This document shows, piece after piece, positions 1-9,294 of a DNA stretch of 64,000 bases. Position numbers and translations under genes: made by a program. A model generated the notes under the pieces. It saw nothing but the letters and a program-made list of their open reading frames with translations. It did no database searches and was not told where the DNA came from. This stretch comes from a bacterium (GTDB lineage Bacteria > UBA8248): positions 2,688,001 to 2,752,000 of the forward strand of contig OZ241326.1 in the NCBI GenBank assembly GCA_965199855.1. The letters are read 5' to 3'. Position 1 is the first letter of the stretch. Each line of letters starts with the position of its first letter.

Positions 1-329
1 CGCCCGAACGCCTGGTAGGCCGTCGTGGAGTCATGGAAGCGGTCGCAGAGCACGTGAACGCCCGCCTCGAGCGCCGGCCGAATCACCTCCCGCGCGTGCT
101 GCGCCCTGTCCGCCTCGTAGAGGAGGAGCTCGGCCGCGGGCTCCATGCTCTCGCCGCGGGGATCGTCGAGGAGCAAATCCCGGATTCCCTCCCCTATCCG
201 CGTGCCGCCGGGCTCGCGCGTGGAGAGCGCGGGGAGGCCCGCCTCCTCCATCCACGCCCGCAGAAGCTCCAGCTGCGTCGATTTTCCGCAACCCTCCACC
301 CCCTCGAACGTTATGAAGCTGCCCCGCAT
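1..329 (-). CDS. tmk: Thymidylate kinase (5' part; runs off the window edge)
   Basis: Own translation of the minus strand from ATG at 329: MRGSFITFEGVEGCGKSTQLELL...TREPGGTRIGEGIRDLLL...AELLLYEADRAQH...VLCDRFHDSTTAYQ. It contains the dTMP kinase P-loop, REPGG and DRF motifs. Not in the ORF track because it lacks a stop in the window. Confidence 0.93.
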   Translation of the reverse strand, partial: MRGSFITFEGVEGCGKSTQLELLRAWMEEAGLPALSTREPGGTRIGEGIRDLLLDDPRGESMEPAAELLLYEADRAQHAREVIRPALEAGVHVLCDRFHDSTTAYQAFG

Positions 330-397
330 CGTCCCTCCGGAAACTCCCTGAAAGCCCCCTCCCCGAGAGAGCCTACCACAAGCCGCGCGCGCGGCGA

Positions 398-1774
398 TCA
401 GCGCCCGTCCAGCTTCCGGTAGATGGTGCGCGCGGCGATTCCCAGCAGGCGGGCGGCGGCGCTCTTGTCCCCGCCCGTGTGCCGCAGGGTCTCCAGAATC
501 ACCCGGCGCTCGACATCGGCGAGCGTGGCGCCCACCTCCACGCTGATGAGCGGCGCGTCCGACGCCGCCCCCTCCTCGCCGGCGCTCCCGCCCCGAGCGA
601 CGCTCGCCGGCAGGTCCTCCGCCGAGAGCACCTCTCCCCGCCCCAGCACCACGGCGCGCTCCACCGCGTTTTCGAGTTCGCGCACGTTTCCCGGCCAGTC
701 GTGGTTCGACATGGCGTCGAGCGCCTCGCGCGAGAACGCGAGCGCGGGGCGGTCGTTCTTCGCGGCGAAGCGCTGGAGGAAGTGCTCGGCGAGCAGGGGA
801 ACGTCGCCGCGCCGCTCCCGCAGGGGGGGCAGGTGGATGGTGATGACGTTCAGGCGGTAGTAGAGGTCTTCCCGGAACCTTCGCTCGGCGACCGCGCTCT
901 GAAGGTCCGCGTTGGTGGAGGCCACGATGCGCGCGTCCACCTTGAGCGTCTCCGTCCCGCCCACGCGCTCGAACTCCCCCTCCTGGAGGACGCGCAGGAT
1001 CTTCGGCTGCAGGACGAGGGGCATGTCCCCGATCTCGTCGAGGAACAGCGTGCCCCCGTGCGCCAGCTTGAAGCGGCCCTCCTTGCGGCCCGCGGCGCCG
1101 GTGAACGCCCCGCGCTCGTAGCCGAAGAGCTCGCTCTCCAGCAGGGTCTCGGGAAGCGCCGCGCAGTTCACCCGCACCATCGCCCGGCCCGCCCGCTCGC
1201 TCCCCTCGTGCAGGGCGCGCGCGACCAGCTCCTTGCCCGTTCCGCTCTCGCCCAGAATGAGGACGGTCGCCGAGGTGGGCGCGACCTGGCGCGTCATCTC
1301 CTTCACCCGCCGGATCGAGGGGTGGCTGCCTATCATGCCCGACTCGTCCATCAGGCGCCGGAGCCGCGCGCGCAGGTCGGCGTTCTCGCGCAGAAGCGCC
1401 TGCTTCTCGAGCGCCTTGTCCATCGCCTTCAAAACGACCACGCGCTCCAGGGGCTTGGTCAGGAAGTCGTAGGCGCCCTCGCGCATCGCCTCCACGGCCG
1501 ACTCGATGCTGCCCGCGCCGGAAATGAGAATCACCTCCGTCTCCGGGCTTTCGCGCTTGACGCGCTTGAGCAGGCCGATGCCGTCCATGCCGGGCATTCG
1601 GAGGTCGGTGATCACCAGATTCGCGGGCCGCGCCCCGAACATCCCGGCGGCCGTCTCCGCGTCGTGCGCCATCTCGACCTCGAAGCCCTCCTTGGCGATC
1701 ATCTTGCGGAGCGCCTCGCGGCTGCCGCGCTTGTCGTCCACCACCAGCACGCGCGCTCCCTCGCGGCCGCTCAC
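398..1774 (-). CDS. Sigma54-dependent response regulator (NtrC/AtoC family)
   Basis: Receiver domain (VLVVDD, DLRMPGMDG), AAA+ GESGTGKE, GAFTGA loop, WPGNVRELEN and a C-terminal Fis-type HTH. Confidence 0.95.
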   Translation of the reverse strand: MSGREGARVLVVDDKRGSREALRKMIAKEGFEVEMAHDAETAAGMFGARPANLVITDLRMPGMDGIGLLKRVKRESPETEVILISGAGSIESAVEAMREGAYDFLTKPLERVVVLKAMDKALEKQALLRENADLRARLRRLMDESGMIGSHPSIRRVKEMTRQVAPTSATVLILGESGTGKELVARALHEGSERAGRAMVRVNCAALPETLLESELFGYERGAFTGAAGRKEGRFKLAHGGTLFLDEIGDMPLVLQPKILRVLQEGEFERVGGTETLKVDARIVASTNADLQSAVAERRFREDLYYRLNVITIHLPPLRERRGDVPLLAEHFLQRFAAKNDRPALAFSREALDAMSNHDWPGNVRELENAVERAVVLGRGEVLSAEDLPASVARGGSAGEEGAASDAPLISVEVGATLADVERRVILETLRHTGGDKSAAARLLGIAARTIYRKLDGR

Positions 1775-3993
1775 GCCCTCGCCTCCCGCGCCGGGGCGAG
1801 CGGGAGCTCCACGATGAAGGCGGCGCCCGCCCCCGGCTCGCTCTCGAAGCGGACGCTCCCCTTGTGCTCGCTGACGATCTGCTGGCTCAGGGCGAGGCCG
1901 AGGCCGGTTCCGTTGGCCTTGGTCGTGAAAAACGGGGTGAACAGGGAGGCCTGATCCTCGGGCCGCACGCCCGCGCCGCTGTCCGAGACGCGGATGAGGA
2001 GGCGGTCGTCCTCCAGCTCCGTCCTCACCACGAGGCGGCCGCCGTCGGGCATCGCGTCGAACCCGTTGAGGATGAGGTTCTGCACCGCGAGGCGCACCTG
2101 CGCCTCGTCCAGGACGAGGTCGGGAAGATCCGCCGCCAGCTCCCTTTCGATTTCGATCTTCCGGCTCGCCGCCACTTCCGCGTGAGCGTTCAGCAGGTCC
2201 TCGAGCATCTCGCTGCAGTCAACCGGCGCCCTCGCCTCGCTCGGCATCCGCACGAACTTCAGATAGTCGGCCGTCACCTGGCTCAGAATATCGACCTCCG
2301 CCTTCACGGAGCGCAGCAGCGCCCACGCCTCCGAGGTGTCCGCCTCCCGGAACTGCGCCAGCTCGTCGCCGAGCAGCTCCGCGCTCAAGTTGATGGCCGA
2401 GAGCGGATTGCGGATGGAATGGGCCACCTGGGCGCTCATCTTGCCGACAATCGAGAGCCTGTCGCGCTGGAGCGCCCGCCTCTCGAGCGCCTTGCGCTCG
2501 GTCGCGTCCTTGAGATAGAGAATCACCTGCCGCGCCGCGCCGGAGGCGTCGAGAATCGGATAGGCGTAGTATTCCATCTCCATCTCGCGGCCGTCCTCCA
2601 GCGCGACCGTCCTCTCGGCGAAGCCGCGCTCGCCCGTCTCGAACGTCCCGGCGACCAGGGCGCGATCCACGAAGGGCGCGGGCACCCGGCTTCCGGGCGA
2701 CGCCTCCCACTTCTGGTTCAGCAGCTCGTCAATCTCGCGGCCGAGGAGCGCGGCCATCGGGCGATTCAGCATCCGGATGCGGAACGCCTCGTCCAGGATG
2801 CCGATGGCGTCCGCGATGCCGTTGAAGAGCGCCTGGAGCCGGCGGTTGCTCTCCAGCGCCTCCTCGGACCAGCGCATCCTGTCCTCGGCGCGGATGCGCC
2901 TGCGCTCCCTGTCCAGCATCAGGCCGGCGGCCAGAATCACGGCGATGAAGCCGAAGCCCGTCAGGAGCAGCCCCTTTCGGAAGAGGCGCCCGATCAGCCC
3001 GACGAACTCGGAGGAGGGCGCGGTGAGGGCGAGCGTCCACCGCTCCTCCCCCACCGCGAAGCTGCTGAACGCCGTGAGGTATCGGCGCCCCTTCTGCCCC
3101 CCTCCGGGGCGCAGGTCGAGATGCCAGTCGAACCCCGCGTCCTCCTTCTTCATGCGCCGCGCGATTCTCCCGAGCCTCTCATCCCCCAGCCCGCGCGCGA
3201 GGGCAGAGAGCCGGAGTCCCTTCAATCGGGAGATGTCCGGCGCGATGACGATTTCGCCCGTCCCGTCGGCGACCCACGCCCGCCCCCGGCTTCCGGACTC
3301 AACCGGCCGGACGAACGAATGCGCCAGGTCCGCCATGGAGATTCGCGCGTAGAGCCAGTCGCGCGCCCCGCCCCCTTCCGGCGCGTCCCCCCCGGAGGCC
3401 ACGCGCGCCGCCGCGAACAGGGCGGCGACCCTCCCCTCCTCGCCGCGGACGACGAGGAGGCACGCGCCCCGCTTCCGCGCGCAGAGCGGCAGCTTCCGCA
3501 GGTATTTCCGCGGAATCGCCGCGTTCGGCTCTCCCGCTTCCTGAAGATAGCCCACCTCGCTCACGCGAAACCGCCCGCCCAGCCTTTCATACAGGCCCGC
3601 CATCGCCGCCATCCTGCCCGGGTGGTCGGGCTCGATGGTGCGCAGAAAGCCCGCGCTGTAGCGCAGGGACGCGGTGAGCGCCTCCAGGAACGAGGCGATT
3701 CCCTCGCCGGCCTGCTCCGCGAGAAGAAGCTGCCGGCGGTTGAAGCGCTCCTCCGTCTCCGCCTTGGCGTCCGCGTAGATGCGGTAGGAGAGGAAGCTCA
3801 GCGCGCACAGCAGGACGACCGTGCAGGCTATCGTGCAGTACTGGAACTTCCGCCCCGCCCGGCGCGAGCGCGCGATGCGCGAGCGCGCGGAATCCTCCGC
3901 CTCGCGCGCCGGGGGCGAAGGCGGCGGCCTCTCCGGCCCGCGCAGGCGACCGAGCGCCTCCCTCCAGAAACCCCGCGTTCCCTGGCCCGGCAT
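1771..3993 (-). CDS. Membrane sensor histidine kinase (periplasmic/Cache-like + PAS + HisKA/HATPase)
   Basis: Two TM segments, H-box AHSIRNPL, N-box NLILNGFDAM, DSGAG, FTPFFTTK and GTGLGL. It overlaps the response regulator start by 4 nt. Confidence 0.92.
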   Translation of the reverse strand: MPGQGTRGFWREALGRLRGPERPPPSPPAREAEDSARSRIARSRRAGRKFQYCTIACTVVLLCALSFLSYRIYADAKAETEERFNRRQLLLAEQAGEGIASFLEALTASLRYSAGFLRTIEPDHPGRMAAMAGLYERLGGRFRVSEVGYLQEAGEPNAAIPRKYLRKLPLCARKRGACLLVVRGEEGRVAALFAAARVASGGDAPEGGGARDWLYARISMADLAHSFVRPVESGSRGRAWVADGTGEIVIAPDISRLKGLRLSALARGLGDERLGRIARRMKKEDAGFDWHLDLRPGGGQKGRRYLTAFSSFAVGEERWTLALTAPSSEFVGLIGRLFRKGLLLTGFGFIAVILAAGLMLDRERRRIRAEDRMRWSEEALESNRRLQALFNGIADAIGILDEAFRIRMLNRPMAALLGREIDELLNQKWEASPGSRVPAPFVDRALVAGTFETGERGFAERTVALEDGREMEMEYYAYPILDASGAARQVILYLKDATERKALERRALQRDRLSIVGKMSAQVAHSIRNPLSAINLSAELLGDELAQFREADTSEAWALLRSVKAEVDILSQVTADYLKFVRMPSEARAPVDCSEMLEDLLNAHAEVAASRKIEIERELAADLPDLVLDEAQVRLAVQNLILNGFDAMPDGGRLVVRTELEDDRLLIRVSDSGAGVRPEDQASLFTPFFTTKANGTGLGLALSQQIVSEHKGSVRFESEPGAGAAFIVELPLAPAREARA

Positions 3994-4320
3994 GGCGTCC
4001 TCCGAAGACGCGGCGCGCTCCCATCCAACCCGGGCGCGGCGAGCGCCCGCGCCTCATTCTAGCGCATCGCGCGGGGGTGACCAGAAGGGCCCGCGCATTT
4101 TCCCGTATTTCGCCCCGGTTTTTCGACGCGCGGGGATTCCGCCGCCCCTGCGGGATATTCGAGTTGCCGGGGATACGAACGCGAGGCGGAGGACGCATCC
4201 CCGCGCCGGTTTCCACACCGGCGGGGACAAGCCTTGAAAAGCCGACGAAGGAAACGCCCCTCCGCTCCGGATTCCGGACTGCGGCGGAATGACGGCGAAA
4301 AACCGCCCCCTCCCCCGCGC

Positions 4321-4349
4321 TTGACAGGCCGGGCTTCCCTTTCTATCGT
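4321..4349 (+). promoter_or_regulatory. Putative sigma70 promoter of hrcA
   Basis: TTGACA (4321)-17 bp-TATCGT (4344), upstream of the hrcA ATG at 4415. Confidence 0.55.
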
Positions 4350-4414
4350 GAACGCGCCGACGCCCCCGGTCGCCGCGCCGCGCGCGGCGGACGCCCAGCC
4401 GCGAGGTTCACGGA

Positions 4415-5464
4415 ATGGACGCCCCGGAGCTTGCCCGCAGAGACAGGGAAATCCTGCGCGCCATCATCAACATCTTCGTGGACACGGGCGAGCCCGTGGG
4501 CAGCCGCACCCTCGCCCGGCGTTCGGACGTCGCGCTCAGCCCCGCCACCATCCGCAACATCATGAGCGACCTGGCCGAGGCGGGCTTCCTCACGAAGCCG
4601 CACGCCTCCTCCGGCAGGATGCCCACCGACCTGGGCTACCGCGTCTTCGTGGACGACCTGATGGACGCCCACACCCTCACGCCCGAGGAGGAGGAGTCCA
4701 TCCGCCTCGACCCCTCCGCCGAGGCGGCGCGGATAGAGCAGGCGCTCGCCCGGGCGACGCGCGCGCTCTCGGAGCTCGCCGACACGGCGGGCTTCGCGCT
4801 CCTGCCGGCGGGCGAGCAGCTGCGCTTCAAGCACATCAACTTCGTGCGGATGTCGGAGGAGAAAATTCTCGCCGTCATCGTCTCGATGAGCGGGGTGGTG
4901 CAGAACCGCGTCGTGCCGATGGAGGCGCCCCTGGACCAGGAGGAGCTGAACCGCGTCTCGAACCTTCTGAACGAGGAGTTCAGCGGCCTCTCGCTCAGGG
5001 AGGCGCGGGAGAGAATTTTCCAGAAGATGGCGGGCGCGCGCGACGGCCTCGACGCCCTGCGCCGGCGCGCGCTCGAGCTGGGCGGGGAGGCGCTCTCGGA
5101 GGAGGGGAGCGCGCGCGAGTCCGTCTTCGTGGAGGGCGCCTCGCGCGTGTTCTCCCAGCCCGACTTCGCCGCCAGCGCGGAGAAGCTCCGCTCCCTCTAC
5201 CGCGCCTTCGAGGAGCGCGAGAAGCTCGTCCGCCTGCTGGATCGGTGTCTGGAGTCCTCGGACATCACCATCCTCATCGGCTCGGAGAGCGACTTCGAGG
5301 AGATGAAGGACTGCAGCGTCGTCGCCCAGCGCTACTACATGGACGAGCGCCCGCTCGGCAGCATCGGCATCATCGGCCCCAAGCGGATGCGCTACGACCG
5401 CGCCGTCTCCCTCGTCGAGTGGACGGCGGATTCCGTCTCCCGCTTCCTCTCCTCGGGCGGCTAG
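4415..5464 (+). CDS. hrcA: Heat-inducible transcription repressor HrcA
   Basis: ILRAII...TGEPVGSRTL...SPATIRNIMSDL...PHASSGRMPTDLGYRVFVD and C-terminal GSIGIIGPKRMRY. Confidence 0.96.
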   Translation: MDAPELARRDREILRAIINIFVDTGEPVGSRTLARRSDVALSPATIRNIMSDLAEAGFLTKPHASSGRMPTDLGYRVFVDDLMDAHTLTPEEEESIRLDPSAEAARIEQALARATRALSELADTAGFALLPAGEQLRFKHINFVRMSEEKILAVIVSMSGVVQNRVVPMEAPLDQEELNRVSNLLNEEFSGLSLREARERIFQKMAGARDGLDALRRRALELGGEALSEEGSARESVFVEGASRVFSQPDFAASAEKLRSLYRAFEEREKLVRLLDRCLESSDITILIGSESDFEEMKDCSVVAQRYYMDERPLGSIGIIGPKRMRYDRAVSLVEWTADSVSRFLSSGG

Positions 5465-5676
5465 CGCCCCCGCGAAATCACAAAACCCGCGCGCCCCGCC
5501 GTCATTCCGGAGAAGGCCGGAATCCAGGAAGGTCGGCCGTTCCTCAAAACGGGCGGTTGACGAACCGCCCGCGCCCCGTCAACGAAAACGGCGCGGGACG
5601 CATATATGCGTCCCCTACGGGGGGGGGACGATTCGATTGCAGGGGGCGCATTCTCGCGCCCCATCGGGGATTGGCG

Positions 5677-5705
5677 TTGCCGCGACGCGCCCGATTTCGT
5701 ATGAT
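5677..5705 (+). promoter_or_regulatory. Putative sigma70 promoter
   Basis: TTGCCG-17 bp-TATGAT upstream of the ORF at 5757. Confidence 0.45.
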
Positions 5706-5756
5706 ATGCGGGATCCTCCGGCGTGAATGCGTGAACCGGGAGCGAGGAGACGGACG

Positions 5757-6233
5757 ATGACGGAGTTTGAGCTGGCGACGACGGCTTTCCAGAACGCGAC
5801 GATTGAGTTTCAGAACGCGACCCTCGAATTTCAGAACGCGGCCCTTGAATTTCAGAAATGGGGGGTCGAGTTTCAGAAGTGGGAGGTGGCGGCGCAGTGG
5901 GTCGTCGGTCTTCTGCAGGTCGCCCTGATCGCCTACGGCCTTCGCCTCATGGAGCGCGGCGGCGCGCGGCGCGCGGCGCTCTCCGAGCGTCAGCACGAGG
6001 AGACGATGGCGGCGCTCGCCGAGGAGCGGGCCGCCTCGGAGCGCAGGCACGAGGAGGCGATGGCCGAATCGGAGAAGCGGCACGAGGAGGCGATGGCCGC
6101 GCTCAAGCGCCAGCACGACGAGACGATGACCGCCCTCGCCGGTGAACGGGAAGAATCCCAGAAGCGGCACGAGGAGGCGATGACCGCGCTTACCGAGCTC
6201 ATCAGGCGGACGGGGGGCGGGGGAGGCTCCTGA
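5757..6233 (+). CDS. Small repeat-rich membrane protein (EFQNATL heptads, one TM, RHEEAM repeats)
   Basis: SD GAGGAG before ATG 5757, 21-bp coding repeats, a hydrophobic segment and five R/QH(E/D)E(A/T)M units. Confidence 0.7.
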   Translation: MTEFELATTAFQNATIEFQNATLEFQNAALEFQKWGVEFQKWEVAAQWVVGLLQVALIAYGLRLMERGGARRAALSERQHEETMAALAEERAASERRHEEAMAESEKRHEEAMAALKRQHDETMTALAGEREESQKRHEEAMTALTELIRRTGGGGGS

Positions 6234-6340
6234 GAAGGGAGAGCCCGCGAGCGGCCCCTCCCGCGAGGGCGGCCGACGCGCCCCGCTTCATTTCACCACG
6301 CGTCCCGCCGGAGCCGGCGGGCGGGAAGGAGACTTCTGAA

Positions 6341-7123
6341 ATGTCGGAGAGAGTCACCGTCGTGGAGGTCAGGGACAAAACCCTCTGGGTGGGGCTGAAC
6401 CGCCCCGAAACGCTCAACGCCATGAACTTCCAGATGATCAACGAGGTCATCGAGGCCTTCACCCGGCTGGACGAGGACCCCGACGTCGGCGTGGGCGTGC
6501 TCTACGGGCTGAACGGGAACTTCTCCTCCGGCGGCGACATGGACATGATGCTGGGGCTGAACTACCAGACGGGCCACGTGTGGAACAACAAGATGCGCCG
6601 CCTGTGCATGACGCTCAGGAACTCGGGCAAGCCCACCATCGCCATGGTGCGCGGCTGGTGCATCGGCGGGGGCAACGAGTGGCAGCTCTACTGCGACCTG
6701 TGCGTCGCCAGCGAGAACGCGACCTTCGGGCAGTCGGGGGCGCGCGTGGGCGCCCTGCCCGTGGTGGGCGCGACGCAGTATCTCCCCCTCCTCATGGGGG
6801 ATCGCCGCGCGCGCGAGATGCTCTTCATGGCGAAGCGCTACTCCGCGCGCGAGGCGAAGGAGGTCGGCCTCATCAACGAGGTCGCGCCGGACGCCGAGCT
6901 CGAGAAGACGACCGAGGAATGGTGCGCCACGATCAACTCGCACGCCCCGGCGACGCTTCGCTACATGAAGACGAACCTCAACTTCCTGGGCGACCTGCAC
7001 TACCCCTCCTGGATGCACGGCAGCGAGCTGCTGAACGCCGTGTGGAACAACGAGCAGTCCGTCGAGGGGATGAACGCCTTCAAGGAGAAGCGGCCGCCCG
7101 ACTTCAGCCGCTTCCCCCGCTAG
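6341..7123 (+). CDS. Crotonase-family enzyme (enoyl-CoA hydratase / MenB- or BadI-like)
   Basis: LNRPETLNAM, FSSGGDM, KPTIAMVRGWCIGGGNE, FGQSGARVG and C-terminal EGMNAFKEKRPPDF. Confidence 0.9.
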   Translation: MSERVTVVEVRDKTLWVGLNRPETLNAMNFQMINEVIEAFTRLDEDPDVGVGVLYGLNGNFSSGGDMDMMLGLNYQTGHVWNNKMRRLCMTLRNSGKPTIAMVRGWCIGGGNEWQLYCDLCVASENATFGQSGARVGALPVVGATQYLPLLMGDRRAREMLFMAKRYSAREAKEVGLINEVAPDAELEKTTEEWCATINSHAPATLRYMKTNLNFLGDLHYPSWMHGSELLNAVWNNEQSVEGMNAFKEKRPPDFSRFPR

Positions 7124-7411
7124 GAGCGGCGGGAGAGCCCGGGCGGGAAACCCCCGCCGTCATTCCGGCGAAGGCCGGAAGCCGGGGTTTTGTCTTTTGA
7201 CGAGGGACAGCCCCGCGGGGTTGTCCCTCGCCGGATTTCTCATCCCGCCGAGGTCCAAAAGTCCCGCAGGGGCGGTTCGGGAGCCGCCCGCATCGCATTA
7301 ACGGGAAAAACGCGGGACGCATATACGCGGCGAGGGCGGCGGTTTCGCAGGGGAAGCGCTAGAGCGTTTCCATTCATGCGCCCCGCCCGCGGCGGGGTAT
7401 CGCCAGGAACC

Positions 7412-8074
7412 CTAGCGGGCGTAGCCCCGGCGGCGGTAGAGGCCGGGGGAGCCGGGCGCCTGGCGGTAGTAGCCGCGTACGCGCGCCGTCCATTCGGAGG
7501 CGTTCATGCGCCTCCACCCGGGCGTCTCGCGCACGGCCTCCTCCTCCATCTCGTAGAGAACGACCATGAGCCGCTCCCCCTCCACGGGGACGTAGCGGCG
7601 CACCCGCCGCACCCCCGGAACCTCGCCGCAGAGGGGGACGCGATCCCGCGCGTACCACCCGTTGAAGTCGGCGAGCCGCTCCTCGGGCGCGCGGATTCTG
7701 CCGAACTGGACGACGGGGGCGAGGCCCGCCGCGTCCACCGTCGGAAAGTCGGGCGGGGCGGCCGGAAGCCCCGGATAGATCTGGGCGCAGACGAGGCGGA
7801 CGCGCTCCTTCGGCGGGCGGGGCGGGCGCGCCCCGTCCGAATCCTCGAGCGCGGCGAACTCCGCCCCGTAGAAGACGTGAACGCTGTCCGCCTCCACGAG
7901 GTTCAGGAAGCGGGGGGCGCCGTCAACGGCCTCGTAGCCCGCTCCCCCGCGCGCGCCGGGGACCTCGAGCATCCGCGCGAGGCGCGTCCCGTCGAGCCAC
8001 GCGCGCGCCTCCTCCTCGGCGCCCTCCCCGAAGTCGAAGAGCTCCGCGAGCAGGCCCATGCCGTGGGTTCGCAT
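7412..8074 (-). CDS. Hypothetical protein with EthD/DUF4286-like dimeric alpha-beta barrel features
   Basis: Duplicated FNGWY..RVPL..EVPGVRRVRRY..LYE-type pattern. Confidence 0.55.
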   Translation of the reverse strand: MRTHGMGLLAELFDFGEGAEEEARAWLDGTRLARMLEVPGARGGAGYEAVDGAPRFLNLVEADSVHVFYGAEFAALEDSDGARPPRPPKERVRLVCAQIYPGLPAAPPDFPTVDAAGLAPVVQFGRIRAPEERLADFNGWYARDRVPLCGEVPGVRRVRRYVPVEGERLMVVLYEMEEEAVRETPGWRRMNASEWTARVRGYYRQAPGSPGLYRRRGYAR

Positions 8075-8113
8075 ACGCGCCTCATCCTTCGGGGCGGAAG
8101 GGGGGAAGCCGCG

Positions 8114-8410
8114 CTATTTCTTCTGGAGCGCCACCCGCATCGTCCCGCCGTATTGCGCGGCCACCAGATGACGGGGGCGGTATCCTTCCTTGCGAATCTC
8201 GATGGTGAAGGTATCCGCGTAGTGATCCTTGATCTTCTTCCAGGGAATGAGGACGGGAGATTCGCCGATCTTCTCGCGGCCGAGCTTCACCGTGGCGCCC
8301 GGCGGCTCCGTGATCACCTCCACCCCGCGCGGCACCATGTCGCCGCATCCGCCCAGGATGAAGAGAAGCGCGGCGAGAAGCGCCGCTCCCGCTCCGAGTG
8401 TCCCGCCCAT
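8114..8410 (-). CDS. Lipoprotein with PEGA-like domain
   Basis: Lipobox LGGC; VITEPPGATVKL...IGESP...IEIRKEGY PEGA pattern. Confidence 0.75.
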   Translation of the reverse strand: MGGTLGAGAALLAALLFILGGCGDMVPRGVEVITEPPGATVKLGREKIGESPVLIPWKKIKDHYADTFTIEIRKEGYRPRHLVAAQYGGTMRVALQKK

Positions 8411-8519
8411 CCTTCCTCTCTCCCTCGCGTCCGCCGGACGCCGCTCGCCAAAGAACGCGCGGGGCGGGCGGCCCGCTCCGGCCCTCCCCCGCTTCGCGCA
8501 TTATGAACCCGTCGCCCCG

Positions 8520-9010
8520 CGAAATCCACCCCGAAACCGACCGCGAGCCGCCCCTGCGAAACCTGAAGCCCGCGCGCCCCGGCGTCATCCGCGGCGTCAA
8601 TTCCGACAAGGCGGAGGGATTGTCCCGCCGGGGCGGAGGGATTGCGGAATCCGAGGGGGGAGTTATGGTCGTCATTGCGGCGAAGGCCGCAATCCGGGAT
8701 TTTGTTTTTTGATGAACGACAACCACGGGGGGTTGTCCTTCCCCGGGTTCCCGTCTCGCCAACGCGCGGACATTCCGTAGGGGTCGTTCGGGAACGACCC
8801 GCCGCCGCCGATGCGAACCCTTCCTGAATACGGGCGGTTCCCGAATTGTGGGGCGGGCCCGGGGAGGGGCCGCCCCTACGAAACCGTCGCCACCTGCCCG
8901 TAGGGGGCGCATATATGCGCCCCGTTTGCGGGCCGGCGACGGCGAAGGCCGGAATCCGGGGTTTTGATTGTCTTTCTTCAAAACGGGCGGTTCCCGAACC
9001 GCCCCTACGA
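8520..9010. repeat. Cluster of REP-like palindromes (GTAG- and CGTC-tagged)
   Basis: GGGCGGTTCCCGAACCGCCCCTAC, GTAGGGGGCGCATATATGCGCCCC and CGTCATTGCGGCGAAGGCCGCAATCC units. Confidence 0.8.
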
Positions 9011-9048
9011 ATTCACAAACCCCGCATCCCCCCGAAGGCGAGCCGCGC

Positions 9049-9078
9049 TTGACCCCGCGCGCCTTCCTTCCATAAGAT
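9049..9078 (+). promoter_or_regulatory. Putative sigma70 promoter upstream of the autotransporter locus
   Basis: TTGACC (9049)-18 bp-TAAGAT (9073). Confidence 0.4.
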
Positions 9079-9194
9079 TCGGCTTTCAGATCAAGCTCGA
9101 AGCCTCAACGCATCCGCGTTGCTCCGCGCGGACGGGAGAAACCGGGACTCCGCAATGGCGTTTGCGCCCACCTCGAAAACGCGGCATACTGTTG

Positions 9195-9290
9195 CCGCCT
9201 CACCGCCTCACCGCCTCACCGCCTCACCGCCTCACCGCCTCACCGCCTCACCGCCTCACCGCCTCACCGCCTCACCGCCTCACCGCCTCA
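9195..9290 (+). repeat. Perfect simple sequence repeat (CCGCCTCA)x12
   Basis: 96 bp counted directly, ending 4 nt before the autotransporter ATG. Confidence 0.97.
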
Positions 9291-9294
9291 CCTT

